Below, one piece after another: positions 28,450 to 41,178 of a stretch of DNA of 64,000 nucleotides; position 1 is the stretch's first letter, and the number at the start of each line of letters is the position of its first letter. The notes beneath the pieces were generated by a model. The model saw nothing but the letters and a program-made list of their open reading frames with translations, had not been told where the DNA came from and made no database searches. The position numbers and the translations under genes are program-made. The DNA is from Anaeramoeba ignava BMAN. Its lineage: Eukaryota; Protista; Anaeramoebae. The stretch spans positions 186,001 to 250,000 of the forward strand of contig JAPDFW010000082.1 in NCBI GenBank assembly GCA_028826165.1. The letters are read 5' to 3'.

Positions 28450-29468
28450 ATGAATTTTTATCTACAATTAATTTCTTTTTTCCTTTTCTTTATTTTTCTT
28501 CAAACAAAACCAGAAACAAAACCAGAAATAAAACCAGAAATAAAATCTGAAATAAAATCAGAAACAAAACCAGAAATAAAACCTGAAATAAAATCAGAAA
28601 CAAAATCAGAAATAAAATCTGAAATAAAATCTGAAATAAAATCTGAAATAAAATCAGAAATAAAACCTGAAATAAAATCTAATAAAGATATTAAAGATAT
28701 TAAAGATATTAAAGATAATAAAGATATTAAAGATAATAAAGAAATTAAAGATATTAAAGATATTAAAGATATTAAAGATAATAAAGAAATTAAAGATATT
28801 AGAGATAATAAAGATAATAAAGAAATTAAAGATATTAAAGATATTAAAGATATTAAAGAAATTACTCTTAATAAAATTAATGAATTATTTGAAATTAAAT
28901 CAGAAAATGAAAATATTTTAATTCTATTTTATTCAAAATGGGACGATCAAAGTAAAAATATGCTCAGAAAAATAGAAGCAATTCCAAAATCATTTCCTGA
29001 TTTTAAAATTTATAAAACTCAACAAATTACATCAGAAATTACTCAAAAATTCAAAGTATACTCATTTCCAACCCTTTTTCTAATTAATAATCAAAAAAAT
29101 GAAGAAAATCCATCAATTTTTACAATTTCAGGAAATCTTGAAGGTTCAATAATTTTAGATTTTATTCATAATAATACAGGTAAATTTATTACAAATGATT
29201 TAATATTTATAAACAATTTTTCTAAATATAAATGGAAATGATAATGATAAAATTTTTTAAATCTATTTTTCAATTTAAAACTTCAAAAGGTGTTTCTGAA
29301 ATTCATCCTTTTATTATTCCTGAAAAAAAAAAAGATAATCGTTTTCTTATATCTTTTTGGATTGTTATTTCTTGTTTAGCTCTTTTTTTTCTTGGTGGTT
29401 GTGATGCTTGTTTGATGTCAAGAAGTGTGCAAAAAAACAAAAAGACAAAAAGAATAAAAAAAGATTAA
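28450..29468 (+). CDS. Type-I membrane protein with a redox-inactive thioredoxin-like domain (intron 29180-29289)
   Basis: Signal peptide; EIKS and DIK repeats; LILFYSKWDDQSK (WCxxC replaced) and FKVYSFPTLFL cis-Pro motif; C-terminal TM with a basic tail. Confidence 0.7.
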
Positions 29469-29477
29469 ATTGTTTTG

Positions 29478-29508
<31 letters not shown>

Positions 29509-29667
29509 TAATTTCTTTATAAAATTTTTGAAAAGAAAAAAAAACAATATTTCAATTTGAATTCAATTAAAAAATGACTATTTTAAAAATTATTTTTTGA
29601 GTGAATTTGAATTGAACTTTTTTGATAAAATAATAAATGAATAAATTTGTTTTTGTTGTTTTGATAA

Positions 29668-32600
29668 TTAGAATTTTTTTTTAGTTGAATCTTTGGGAGA
29701 ATTAGAAATTGAAAAATGAGGGAAAATTGTTGGAAAATTTGTTGGTTCTTCATTTTCATTTTCTTCATCTTTATCATTATCTTCTTTCGAAAGCAAATTC
29801 ATTTTTTGTTGAATTGAATATTGCTTATTTTTCGAATCAGTTGTTTGTTTTTGTTTTTGTTTTTTTTTTTGTTTTTGTTTTTTTTGTTCTTGTTGAAATT
29901 CCTTTATATTTAAATTTTCGGAAAAAGATTTTTGAATAAAAGGATTCATTTGATTCATTTGATTCATTTGATTCATTTGATTCATTTGATATATTCGATT
30001 CATTTGAGTTATTGGGCATATTTTATCAGTTTGATCTAATTGATCTAAATTGTTTGAATTTATTCTATTCATTTGATTCATTCGATTTTTTGGATTGATT
30101 TGATATATTGGATTCATTTGATTTGGATTCATTGGATTCATTTGATTTGGATTCATTGGATTCATTTGATTTGGATAAATTTGATTTGGATTCATTTGAT
30201 TTGGATAAATTTGATTTGGATTCATTTGATTTGGATTCATTTGATTCATTTGATTTGGATAAATTTGATTTGGATTCATTGGATTCATTTGATTCATTGG
30301 ATTCATTGGATTCATTTGGTTCATTGGATTCATTTGATTCATTGGATTCATTGGATTCATTTGATTCATTTTATTCATTTGATTTGGATAAATTAGATTT
30401 GGATTCATTTGATTCATTGGATTCATTGGATTCATTGGATTTGGATAAATTGGATTCATTTGACTCATTTGATAAATTTGTTTCATTCGAGTTATTGGGC
30501 ATATTTTATGAGTTTCATCTAATGGATTTATATCTAATTGATCTAATTGGTCTAACTGATCTAAATTATTTGGATTCATTGAATAATTTGGATTCATTGA
30601 ATAATTTGGATTCATTTGATTTGGATTCATTTGATTTGGGTTCATTTGAATAATTTGGGTTCATTTGATTTGGATTCATTTGATTTGGGTTCATTTGATT
30701 TGGATTCATTTGATTTGGGTTCATTTGATCAAATTGATTCATTTCAGAAGGATAATAATATGGATAATTTTTTTGGACTTGAGAAACAGGAAAACGACTT
30801 GAAAAAGGACAATTTTCATTTTCATTTTCATTTTCATTTTCATTTCCATTTTCATTTTCACTTTCACTTTCACTTTCGCTTTGACTTTGACTTTGACTTT
30901 GACTTTCACTTTCATTTTCATTTTCATTTTCATTTTCATTTCCATTTTCACTTTCACTTTGACTTTGACTTTGACTTTGACTTTCATCTTGATTTCGTTC
31001 TTGATCATCATCAAAATCATCAAATTCACCCAAATCATCAAAATCATCAAGCATAGGATTATAATCAGAATGAGTAAATGGATTGAAATTTTTGATTTGA
31101 AAATCTCCATCCTTATTTGATATTTCTTGATTCAAAAAGTTTGAAATCAAATTTCTATCAATTGAATTTTGAGTAGAAAATTTCTTCAAAAATTCATTTT
31201 GGCAATAGTTCATATGAGATCCTTTTATTTTTGGTTTTGGTTTTGGTTTTGGTTTTGATTTATTTGAGATTGAGTCTTGATATTTTTGATTCGAAAAATC
31301 TTTCTTTTTCTTGGATTTATTTTCCATTCGATCTTGTGATCGAGTACAAATTCTTTTTTTTGGGAATAAAGAATTATTTTCATTCGCTTTGGTTTCATCT
31401 TGGTTATTTTTATCGTTATTTTTAATGAAAGATTTGTGTTTTCCTTTTCCTTTTGATTTTAATTTTGGTTTTGCTTTATCTTTTTTTGGTTTTTCTTTTA
31501 TTTTTTGTTTTTTTGCTTTTTTGCGATGTATTAATTTTCTTTCTTTGTAACCGAAAGATGAAAAGATTTGGAATAAAGAAAATCCTTGCTCGCGAATAAT
31601 ACCTTTATAAGATATATTCTCTGAATTTTCGGAAGCATTTAAATAAGGGTGATTAGTTTTAAATGAACGGACCCAATTTTTGTATAAAGCATGATAAAAG
31701 AGGTTGTGGAAATTGCATTTGGGTACATTTTTGTCTTCTATTGGAGGAATTGTTTGTTTCTTTTCTTGGTCGAATTGATTTTTTTCAATAAGTTGTTTGA
31801 TTCTTAGTTTTTCAAGAAGTTGAACTGCTTTCAGACAAAGATTTCTTCGTTTTTTTCTTAAAATTATAATGTAATCAGTAAATTGAGTTGCATGAGATAC
31901 AATAATTGCTTGATCTCGTGACCAAAGTACAGATCCTTTAAATTCTGTTGGTTCATCTATTAGTCCAACACTACGAAATATTGAAAGAACAGTACAAATT
32001 CTTTGTCTTGAAAATCCAGTAATTTGTGAGAGTTCGTCTCTATTTCGTGGTACTTTTTTATTTATAATTTATTTTATAATTTTATTTATAATTTAATTTA
32101 TAATTTTAATTATAATTTTATTTATAATTTTGTTTATAATTTTGTTTATAATTTTATTTATAATTTATTTGCTTTTTTGTTTATAAATTATTTGCTTTTT
32201 TATTTATAATTTTATTTATAATTTTATTTGCTTTTTTATTTATAAATTATTTGCTTTTTTATTTATAATTTAATTTAAAATTTATTTATAATTTATTTTT
32301 ATAATTTTATTTTATATTTTTAATTATAATTTTATTTATAATTTTATTTATAATTTTTATTTATAATTTTTAATTTTTATTTATTTATAATTTTATTTTA
32401 TAATTTTATTTATAATTTTATTTAATTTTATTTATAATTTTATTTATAAATTATTTATAATTTTATTTATAATTTTATTTTGCTTTTTGTTTTATATTTT
32501 TGTTTATAATTTATTTTTATAATTTTATTTTATATTTTTATTTATAATTTTATTAAATTATTTATAATTTTGTTTATAATTTAATTTTATAATTTTATTT

Positions 32601-35086
32601 ATATTTTATTTATAATTTTATTTTATAATTTTATTTATAATTTTATTTTATAATTTTTATTTTTTTTTTATTTATAAATTTATTTTATAATTTTATTTTA
32701 TAAATTTATTTATAATTTTTATTTATAAATTATTTGCTTTTTGTTTTATAAATTTATTTATAATTTTATTTATAATTTATTTATAATTTTATTTATAATT
32801 TTGTTTATAATTTTATTTTTTTTATTTATAAATTATTTGCTTTTTGTTTATAATTTTATTTATATTTTATTTATAATTTTGTTTATAATTTTATTTTAAT
32901 TTAATTTGCTTTTTATTTAAATTTCTTTTTTTTTGTTTATAATTTAATTTATAATTTTATTTATAATTTAATTTATAAATTATTTTGCTTTTTATTTATA
33001 ATTTTGTTTATAATTTTGTTTATAATTTAATTTGCTTTTTATTTATAAATTATTTGCTTTTGTTTATATTTTATTTTCAATTTATAATTTTATTTTATAA
33101 TTTTATTTATAATTTTATTTATAATTTTATTTATAATTTTATTTATAATTTTATTTATAATTTAATTTATAATTTTAATTTATAATTTATTTATAATTTT
33201 ATTTATAATAATTTTATAATTTTTATTTATAATTTTATTTGCTTTTTTTTTATTTATAATTTAATTTATAATTTTATTTATAATTTTATTTATTTTTTTT
33301 TTTTTTTATTTTTTTTTATAATTTAATTTATATTTTTTTTTATAATTTTATTTTTATAATTTTATTTTATAATTTTTTATTTATAATTTTTTTTTATAAT
33401 TTTATTTTATAATTTTTATTTATAATTTTATTTATAATTTTTATTTATAAATTCTTTTGCTTTTTATTTATAATTTAATTTATAATTTAATTTATAATTT
33501 TTATTTATATTTTTATTTATAATTTTATTTTATAATTTTGTTTATAATTTATTTATAATTTTTATTTATAATTTTATTTATAATTTTGTTTTATAATTTT
33601 ATTTGCTTTTTATTTATAATTTTAATTTTATAATTTTGTTTATAATTTTATTTATAATTTTGTTTATAATTTTTGTTTATAATTTTTTTAATTTTATTTT
33701 TTATTAATTTTGCTTTTTATTATAATTTTATTTATAAATTTATTTATAATTTTTAATTTTATAATTTTATTTTTTTTAATTTTTTTATTTTTTATTTTTT
33801 TTAAATTTTATTTATAATTTTATTTATAATTTTGTTTTAATTTTATTTATAATTTAATTTATAATTTATTTATAATTTTGTTTTATAAATTTATTTATAA
33901 TTTATTTATAATTTTGTTTATAATTTTATTTGTAATTTAATTTTAAATTTTATTTTGTTTTTATTTATAATTTGCTTTTTATTTATAATTTATTTTTAAA
34001 TTATTTGCTTTTTATTTATAAATTATTTGCTTTTTATTTATAAAATTATTTGCTTTTTATTTATAATTTTATTTGCTTTTTATGTTTATAAATTATTTGC
34101 TTTTTTTATTTATATTAATTTAAATTTTATTTATAATTTTATTTATAATTTTATTTATAATTTTATTTATAATTTTATTTATAAATTATTTGCTTTTTAT
34201 TTATAATTTTGTTTATAATTTTATTTATAATTTTATTTATAATTTTATTTATAATTTTATTTGCTTTTGTTTATATTTTGTTTATAATTTTATTTATAAT
34301 TTTGTTTATAATTTTATTTATAATTTTATTTATAATTTTATTTATAAATTATTTGCTTTTTAATTTATAATTTTATTTATAATTTTATTTATAATTTATT
34401 TATAATTTTATTTATAATTTTATTTATAATTTTGTTTATAGTTTAATTTATAATTTATTTGTAAATATTTACCTAATTTTTTTGATAATTCCTTTACAAT
34501 TAAAAAGCTTAACATCCCAATTGTTCTTGTTGATCTTGGTGTTGGTGCTTTTTTTTCTCCATCATCCAAATCAAAATCAAATTCCTCTATTTTATTTTTT
34601 ATTTTTTATTAAATAAATTTATAAAAATAAAATTAAAAAATTTTGATCAAAATTTAAATCAAATTAATAAGAAAAAAGAAACAAAAAAAAAAAGAAACAA
34701 AAAAAAAAATTAAATATCAGGCAAAAAAAGAAAGAAAAAAACTTACCAATTTTACAAGGAACACCTCCATCTCCTAAAAAAATCCTTTTCCAATTAGAGT
34801 TTAAAAAATAAGCATCATCATTTCGTTTTGAAACTGCTTTAAAAATTCCAATTTGAATAAACACTGTCATTACTAAATCAACTTGTTCTTCTGGACAAAA
34901 AGTTAAATGGAGATCTTTCGCTCTTTTAATTAAATCTTCTCTCATTTGAACAAAAGAAAAGATTTTATCAGGTTCAATTTTATAAGAAGTAAATAAAAAA
35001 ATGCCAAAATGTGATGCTAATTCATAAAATGATGATTCTAGTTTTAACGTTTTGTTAATGCCTTTGTTTTGAGTTAATTCTGTCAT
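29668..35086 (-). CDS. Winged-helix protein, E2F/DP-like, with a long N/Q/M-rich C-terminus (introns about 34588-34747 and 32053-34472; frame break near 30648)
   Basis: The spliced exon reads ELSKKLVPRNRDELSQITGFSRQRICTVLSIFRSVGLI, similar to the E2F RRxYD.xNVL..xGLI helix. The reading frame continues into ORF 30566-31327 and then 29668-30645. Confidence 0.55.
32055..34465. repeat. 2.4-kb degenerate TTTATAATT(T) satellite filling an intron
   Basis: Directly visible; bounded by GT at 34472 and AG at 32053 on the minus strand. Confidence 0.9.
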
Positions 35087-36067
35087 TTTTGTTTAATGTT
35101 GCTTTTCAATTTTTTGAAAATTTTTTTTTTCTGTTTTTTTTCCTTTTTTTTTTTAATTAAATTAAAATTTGAGTGTTTTTTTTTTTTGTAAATTAAATTA
35201 TTTAAATGGAAAAAAAAAATTTAAAATAATCAAAAACAAAAACAAAAAACAATAAATAAAAATTAAAAATTAAAAATTAAAAAGGAAATGTAAATGTAAA
35301 AGTAAAAGTAAAAGTAAAAGTAAAAGTAAAAGCTAGAAAGTTTTTCAGAATTAAACAGAAAAATTAAAAGAAAAATTTAAAAAGAAAAACAAAAATAAAA
35401 ATAAAAACAAAAAAAAAAAGAAGAAAAGAAAAAAGAAGAAAGAAAAATGTTTTTAATTTAAAATTTAAAAAAAAAAAAAACAAAAAATAAATTTTTTTTT
35501 AATTAAAAAATTTAAAATAAAAAAATTTAAAATAAAAACTTTTGCCTGCATTTATTTATTTATTTATTAAATTAACACGTATTAATTTTGATCTTGTTTT
35601 TCTTTTTATTTTCTTTTTTTTTTAAAATAAAAAATAAGTTACAAAAAATAAAATATAAAAATCAAAATTTAAATATAGACCAAAAGAGTATTAATTTTAA
35701 TTATTTACAATTAAAGAAAAGAAAAGTTTATTTAATTGGAAAAAAAAAATTTATTTTTTTATCTTTTTAAAAATAGATTAAAAAAAAATTTTTTCATTTT
35801 CTTTTTTTTCTTTTAAATTAAAATAAAAATTAAAAAAAAGTTTTGATCAATTTTTTTACAATAATTTAAATTTATTTTAATTTATCATTTATTTATATTT
35901 TTTATTTTTAGAATTTTCTCTCCTCTTTTTTGTTTGTTTTAAATAATAAAAAATATTTAAAAAGCAAAAAAAAAAAGAAAAAAGCAAATAAAAAAAAAAG
36001 ATTAATAAAAATTTTTTCTCTTTTTTTTTTCATTTTTCATTTTTTTTTTTCGCTTTTTTTTTTCTTG

Positions 36068-38180
36068 ATGACTTCGTTGGGCATTTTAAATGCAAACGAA
36101 AAAGATTTAACACAAATTGAAGAGGCCCACGAAGACCAACCACTTTTATCGAAACATTCTAAAAAAATAAATGAATTTGAATATGAAGATCCATATGAAC
36201 TTACATTTTGTGGATTTTATGTTTCTAAAAAAACTTATCTCAAAATTTGGCAATATGTTTGGTATTCATCAATTGATTAAGAATAATTTATTATTGAAAT
36301 TTATTAAATCAATGGTTCAAAACTGATGATTTGAAAATCCAAAAAAAAAAATGTTTTAAATTCTTTTTTTTAAAAAGGCTTTTTATTGTTGGTTGTTTTG
36401 CATGTGCTTTTGAGTTTTGGCTTCCTGATTTATATTTTTCAGATGTCAATCTCACAAATTCTTTTAAAAATGCTTTTGGTTCTTTTATTATTTCTTTAAC
36501 TGGTCAAATCGCACAAATTAAATTTCAATATCCTCAAACTTATTTAATGTAATTTAATAATTAGGATATTTTTTCAACAAATATTTCTGAAAATTAATTT
36601 AAATTCAAAATGAATTTTAATTTTGATTTTAATTTTAATTTTAATTTTAATTTGAATTTTAATTTTAATTTTAATTTTAATTTTAAATTGAATTTTAATT
36701 TTAATTTTAATTTTAATTTATAATTTTAATTTTAAAATGAATTTTAATTTTAATTTTAATTTCAATTTCAATTTTAATTTCAATTTTAATTTTATTTTTA
36801 ATTTTAATTTAAATTTCGATTTTAATTTTGATTTCAAAATAAATTTTAAAAAGGTATAACGCAATTCAAGGAGCATTTTGTAGTGTATTCACAACATTTG
36901 GAAATATTATTGAAGATACAGAAGAAACCCTTTATTTTACTGAAAGGTGGTTTTCTCCAACACTTTTATTTGGAAATATTATAGTTAGCGTCGCATTTAA
37001 TTTTTTGGGAAGATTTGTAGCAAACAAAATCAAGAAAGGAGTTAAATATTCATCTGCATTAATGAAAATGGATAATGAAGACAAAAGAATGCTTTATGAA
37101 ATTGGTGTTCGTTTATGGAAACAAGACGAAATCACCGCAAAAAAAAATCCAAATCGAATCAAAGAAAAAAATAAAAAGAAGATCAAAAAAAGAAAGAATA
37201 TCAACAAAAAAGATCCACCTCAATTAGTTATTTTTTCTGAACTTTCAAGCACATCAACAACAACAACAACGACAACAGAAGAAGAAAAAGACATATCAAC
37301 TGAAAAATCAACTGAAAAATCAACTGAAAAATCAAATCAAAAATCAAATCAAAATTCAAATCAAAATTCAAATCAAAAATCAAATCAAAATTCAAATCAA
37401 AATTCAACTGAATCAGAAGTTTTTCAATTACAAGGTTCTGATGATGATATTTTTGATATCAACGAACCAAAAATTCCTTATGACCCAAGAATAAATGCAC
37501 CAAGACAAATGCAAAAACTTCAAAAAGAAAAAAACAAAAAAAAAACAAACGGATTTTCTTTTTATCTTCATAACGTTGCCGGAAATACAGATATTCACGA
37601 ACTAGCCGATCATATCGAAAACCAAATCGAGAAACGGAGTCGTCACAAGACGTTAGAATTAAAAAGAAGACACAAAGTAATTCTTTTCGTTTTAGCATTT
37701 TTTGCTGCGATCAACTTTGTACTTGCAAGATTTCCTTTGTATTATCCGGCAAAATCAATAACAACTCCAAGTTTGTCGGTTTTTTATTATGGAATCACAC
37801 TTATGTGGAGTGTTTCTGGTGCTTTTTCTGGGAATTTTCTGAAACGGGATCTTAACAAAAATGCTTCAGTTCAATGGGGAACGTTTAAAACCAATATTAT
37901 TTCTTCTATTCTTATTGCAACCGCTCATAATATTTTGATGTTTCGTCTTTATTTCTCAAATTCATTTAAATTCTATCTTCTTGTTTCCACTTTCATCTCT
38001 GGTTTTTGTGGTTCTGAATCTTCTTGGGCTGGTCTTATTGATGAAACAGTTATTCTCTTTGTTTCTGATATTCCAAAAAAATATGCTTTTAGAAATATTT
38101 TTTATAATTTGTTTCTTTGTTTTTTCTTTTATCTCGTTCTTTCTTATTTTGTTCGGTTTTTTTTGTTTTTTACTTGGTAA
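36068..38180 (+). CDS. FEX: Fluoride export channel, FEX type with two Fluc/CrcB domains (introns 36262-36377, 36549-36853)
   Basis: Domain 1 has KNAFGSFII...GAFCSVFTTFG and domain 2 has WGTFKTNIISS...SGFCGSESSW. Both resemble the CrcB GTxxxN...GFxGxxTTFS pattern. Confidence 0.75.
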
Positions 38181-38398
38181 ATTCTTCGTTATTTTCCTTT
38201 GAAATTTTGGAAAATAAAAAAATTTTTTTAAATTAAATTGAAAGAAAATGAATTGATTTTTTTTTTTAATCAATGAAAATCGGAAAAAGAAAAAGAAAAT
38301 CGGATAAAAAATTTTTTTGTGTTTTTTTGAAAAAATGATTTGAATGAAAAGAAAAAATATTAATTGAAATGATATTCTTTGTTTTGTTTATATTTCTT

Positions 38399-40887
38399 TT
38401 ATTTCTTTTTTAAGGCTTCTAATCTGTCTGCTAAACTTTGAAAATCAAGATCATTTGAATTGTCTAAAAAAAAAAGAAATGAAAATTTGTTTATTAAAAA
38501 AAATTTGAATATAACATTTTGTTTTGATAAATTTTTGAAATGAATGAAATTTACTTTGAGTATCTTTTTTTTCTTGTTTTGGAGTTTGAGGTAATTGATT
38601 TTGATTTGGATTAACCATTGGGATTTGAGGTTGTTGATTATTCATATTCATGTTCATATTCATGTTCATATTCATATTTGGATTCATATTCATATTCATA
38701 TTCGGATTCATTTGGAATTGATTTGGAAAAGGTTGCATGTTTGCCTAAATTTATGTAAAACAATTTTATTTTTCAATTAAAAGAAGTTTAATATAAAATA
38801 AAACAAAATAAATTATAAAGTGTACACTCATCATAGCTTGTTGGGAAAGTAATTCAGTTGGAGGAGGACCCATTGGCATTTGAACTTAAAAAAGAAAATA
38901 TTTTTTAATTATAAATTTAATTATAAATTTAATTATAAATTTAATTATAAATTTAATTATAAATTTAATTATAAATTTAGTTATAAATTTAATTATAAAT
39001 TTAGTTATAAATTTAATTATAAATTTAATTATAAATTTAATTATAAATTTAATTATAAATTTAGTTATAAATTTAATTATAAATTTAATTATAAATTTAA
39101 TTATAAATTTAATTATAAATATAATAGATAAATTTAATTATATATTTACGACCATTTTGATTTGGTCCTAATGAAAAGTTTTGCATTAATTCAAAGTTTG
39201 GATCTTTTTCTGCAATTTGTTTCATCTAATTTTTATTTTTTTTAATTTGAAAATTTTTAAATTCATTTTAAATTTAAAAAAACAATAATAAATAAATTAC
39301 TAAACCAGGAAGGGATTGATTTGCATCAAAATAAACATTGTTTGATTTTGCAATTTCTTTTTTATAATTAAATAAATTGAAAGAAATATTTTTTTTTGAA
39401 TTAATTTAAAATATTTAAAAAAATTTTTTTGGAATAAATTGTTTAAAACCATTCAAATATTGAAGAACAAGAGAAGGTTCAGGAATCATAATTCCAAGTT
39501 TATGAATAACCTAATTAAATTAAAAATATATTTAGAATTAAATAAATATTTAGAATTAAATAAATATATTTAGAATTAAAAATATTTAGAATTAAAAATA
39601 TTTAGAATTAAATAAATATTTAGAATTAAATAAATATTTAGAATTAAATAAATATATTTAGAATTAAATAAATATATTTAGAATTAAATAAATATTTAGA
39701 ATTAAAAATATATTTAGAATTAAATAAATATATTTAGAATTAAATATATTTAGAATTAAATAAATATTTAGAATTAAATAAATATTTAGAATTAAATAAA
39801 TATTTAGAATTAAATAAATATTTAGAATTAAATATATTTAGAATTAAATAAATATATTTAGAATTAAATAAATATTTAGAATTAAATAAATATATAGAAT
39901 TAAATAAATATTTAGAATTAAAAAAATATTTAGAATTAAATAAATATAGAATTAAATAAATATTTAGAATTAAAAATATTTAGAATTAAATAAATATTTA
40001 GAATTAAATAAATATTTAGAATTAAAAATACAGTTTCATTAACAGATTTATTGCTATTATCTGAACAAGATTTAACAAATGGAAGTCCATATTTAGCAAT
40101 AAAATGAACTTTGGAAAGTTCTGATAATTCTTTAACTTCAAGTCTTTTTGAAGCATAAACAATTGTTGCAACTGCTTCTTTTATATCATCAGTACATTTT
40201 GATTCAGCTAATAAAACTTGAAATCTAACTTGTAAAAGATCACATAAAAGTTCTAAAACCTCAAGAGCATCTACTAAAAAATCTTCTCTAATTATTTATA
40301 AAATTAAAATTAAAATTATAAATTAAAATTAAAATTAAAATTAAAATTAAAAATTAAAAATAAAATTAAAATTAAAATTAAATTTAAAATTAAAATTTAA
40401 ATTGAATTGGAAATTAAAATTTAAATTAAAATTAAAATCAAAATTAAAATTGAATTGGAAATTAAAATTAAAATCAAAATTAAAATTTAATTTAAAATTT
40501 AAATTAAAATTAAAATTAAAATTAAAATTAAAATTAAAATTAAAATTAAAATTAAAATTAATTTGGAAATTAAAATTAATTTGGAAATTAAAATTAATTT
40601 GGAAATTGAATTGAATTAGGATTTTGTTTACCGAATCACATGTTCAACTTTAATTCTTGCACTTTCTTCTTTTCTATCTTCAATTAATTTTGCAATTTGT
40701 TTTTTTTGCATTTTCACTTCATTAATTTTCTTGTTTTTCAAAAGTTTGATTCTGTTAATTGCTAATTTTAAAGTTACTTTGCTAATATTTTATAATAAAA
40801 ATTAAAAATAAAAATTAAAAATAATTAAAAAACTTTGGTCTAAAATGGTAAAACAAACCATTGATTTGCATTAAACTTTTTTGGCAT
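38399..40887 (-). CDS. IST1: IST1 (ESCRT-III-like Vps4 regulator), multi-exon
   Basis: CKVTLKLAINRIKLL...ARIKVEHVIREDFLVDALEVLELLCDLL...IKEAVATIVYAS; C-terminal MIM1-like DFQSLADRLEALKKK*. Confidence 0.9.
39520..40030. repeat. Intronic 18-20-bp TTTAGAATTAAATAAATA minisatellite (also an AATTATAAATTT 12-mer at 38905-39140)
   Basis: Directly visible. Confidence 0.9.
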
Positions 40888-41178
40888 TGTAAAAAAAAAG
40901 GAAAAATAATAAAAAAGAGAAAATAAATTTAAAAAAAAAAAATGAAAAAAAAAATGAAAAAAATGAAAAATGTTTTTTGATCTTTTTTTTAACAAACAAA
41001 TACCGGAAAAAAAAAAGAAAACAAAAAAAAAAAAGAAAACAGAAAAAGAAAAGAAAAGAAAAGAGAAAAAAAAGGAAAAATAAAAGTAAAAAAGAAAGGA
41101 AAAATAAAAATTGGAATTGAATTTAAATTTTAAATTAAAAATTTTAAATTAAATTTTTTTATAAATTCAATTTAAAAA

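Noticed and set aside
30640-30655. Programmed frameshift in the winged-helix gene
   Set aside because: A single extra A (TCAAATG versus TCAATG in neighbouring units) inside a tandem repeat; an assembly or slippage indel is much more likely.
36264-36330. Possible intronic C/D snoRNA in FEX intron 1 (TTGATTA...CTGA with a TCATCA/TGATGA stem)
   Set aside because: The C box is degenerate and I recognise no rRNA complementarity; too weak without a covariance search.
38399-40887. Functional clustering of IST1 with the PY-motif family as an ESCRT/ubiquitin locus
   Set aside because: They are more than 20 kb apart with unrelated genes between; there is no evidence of co-regulation.
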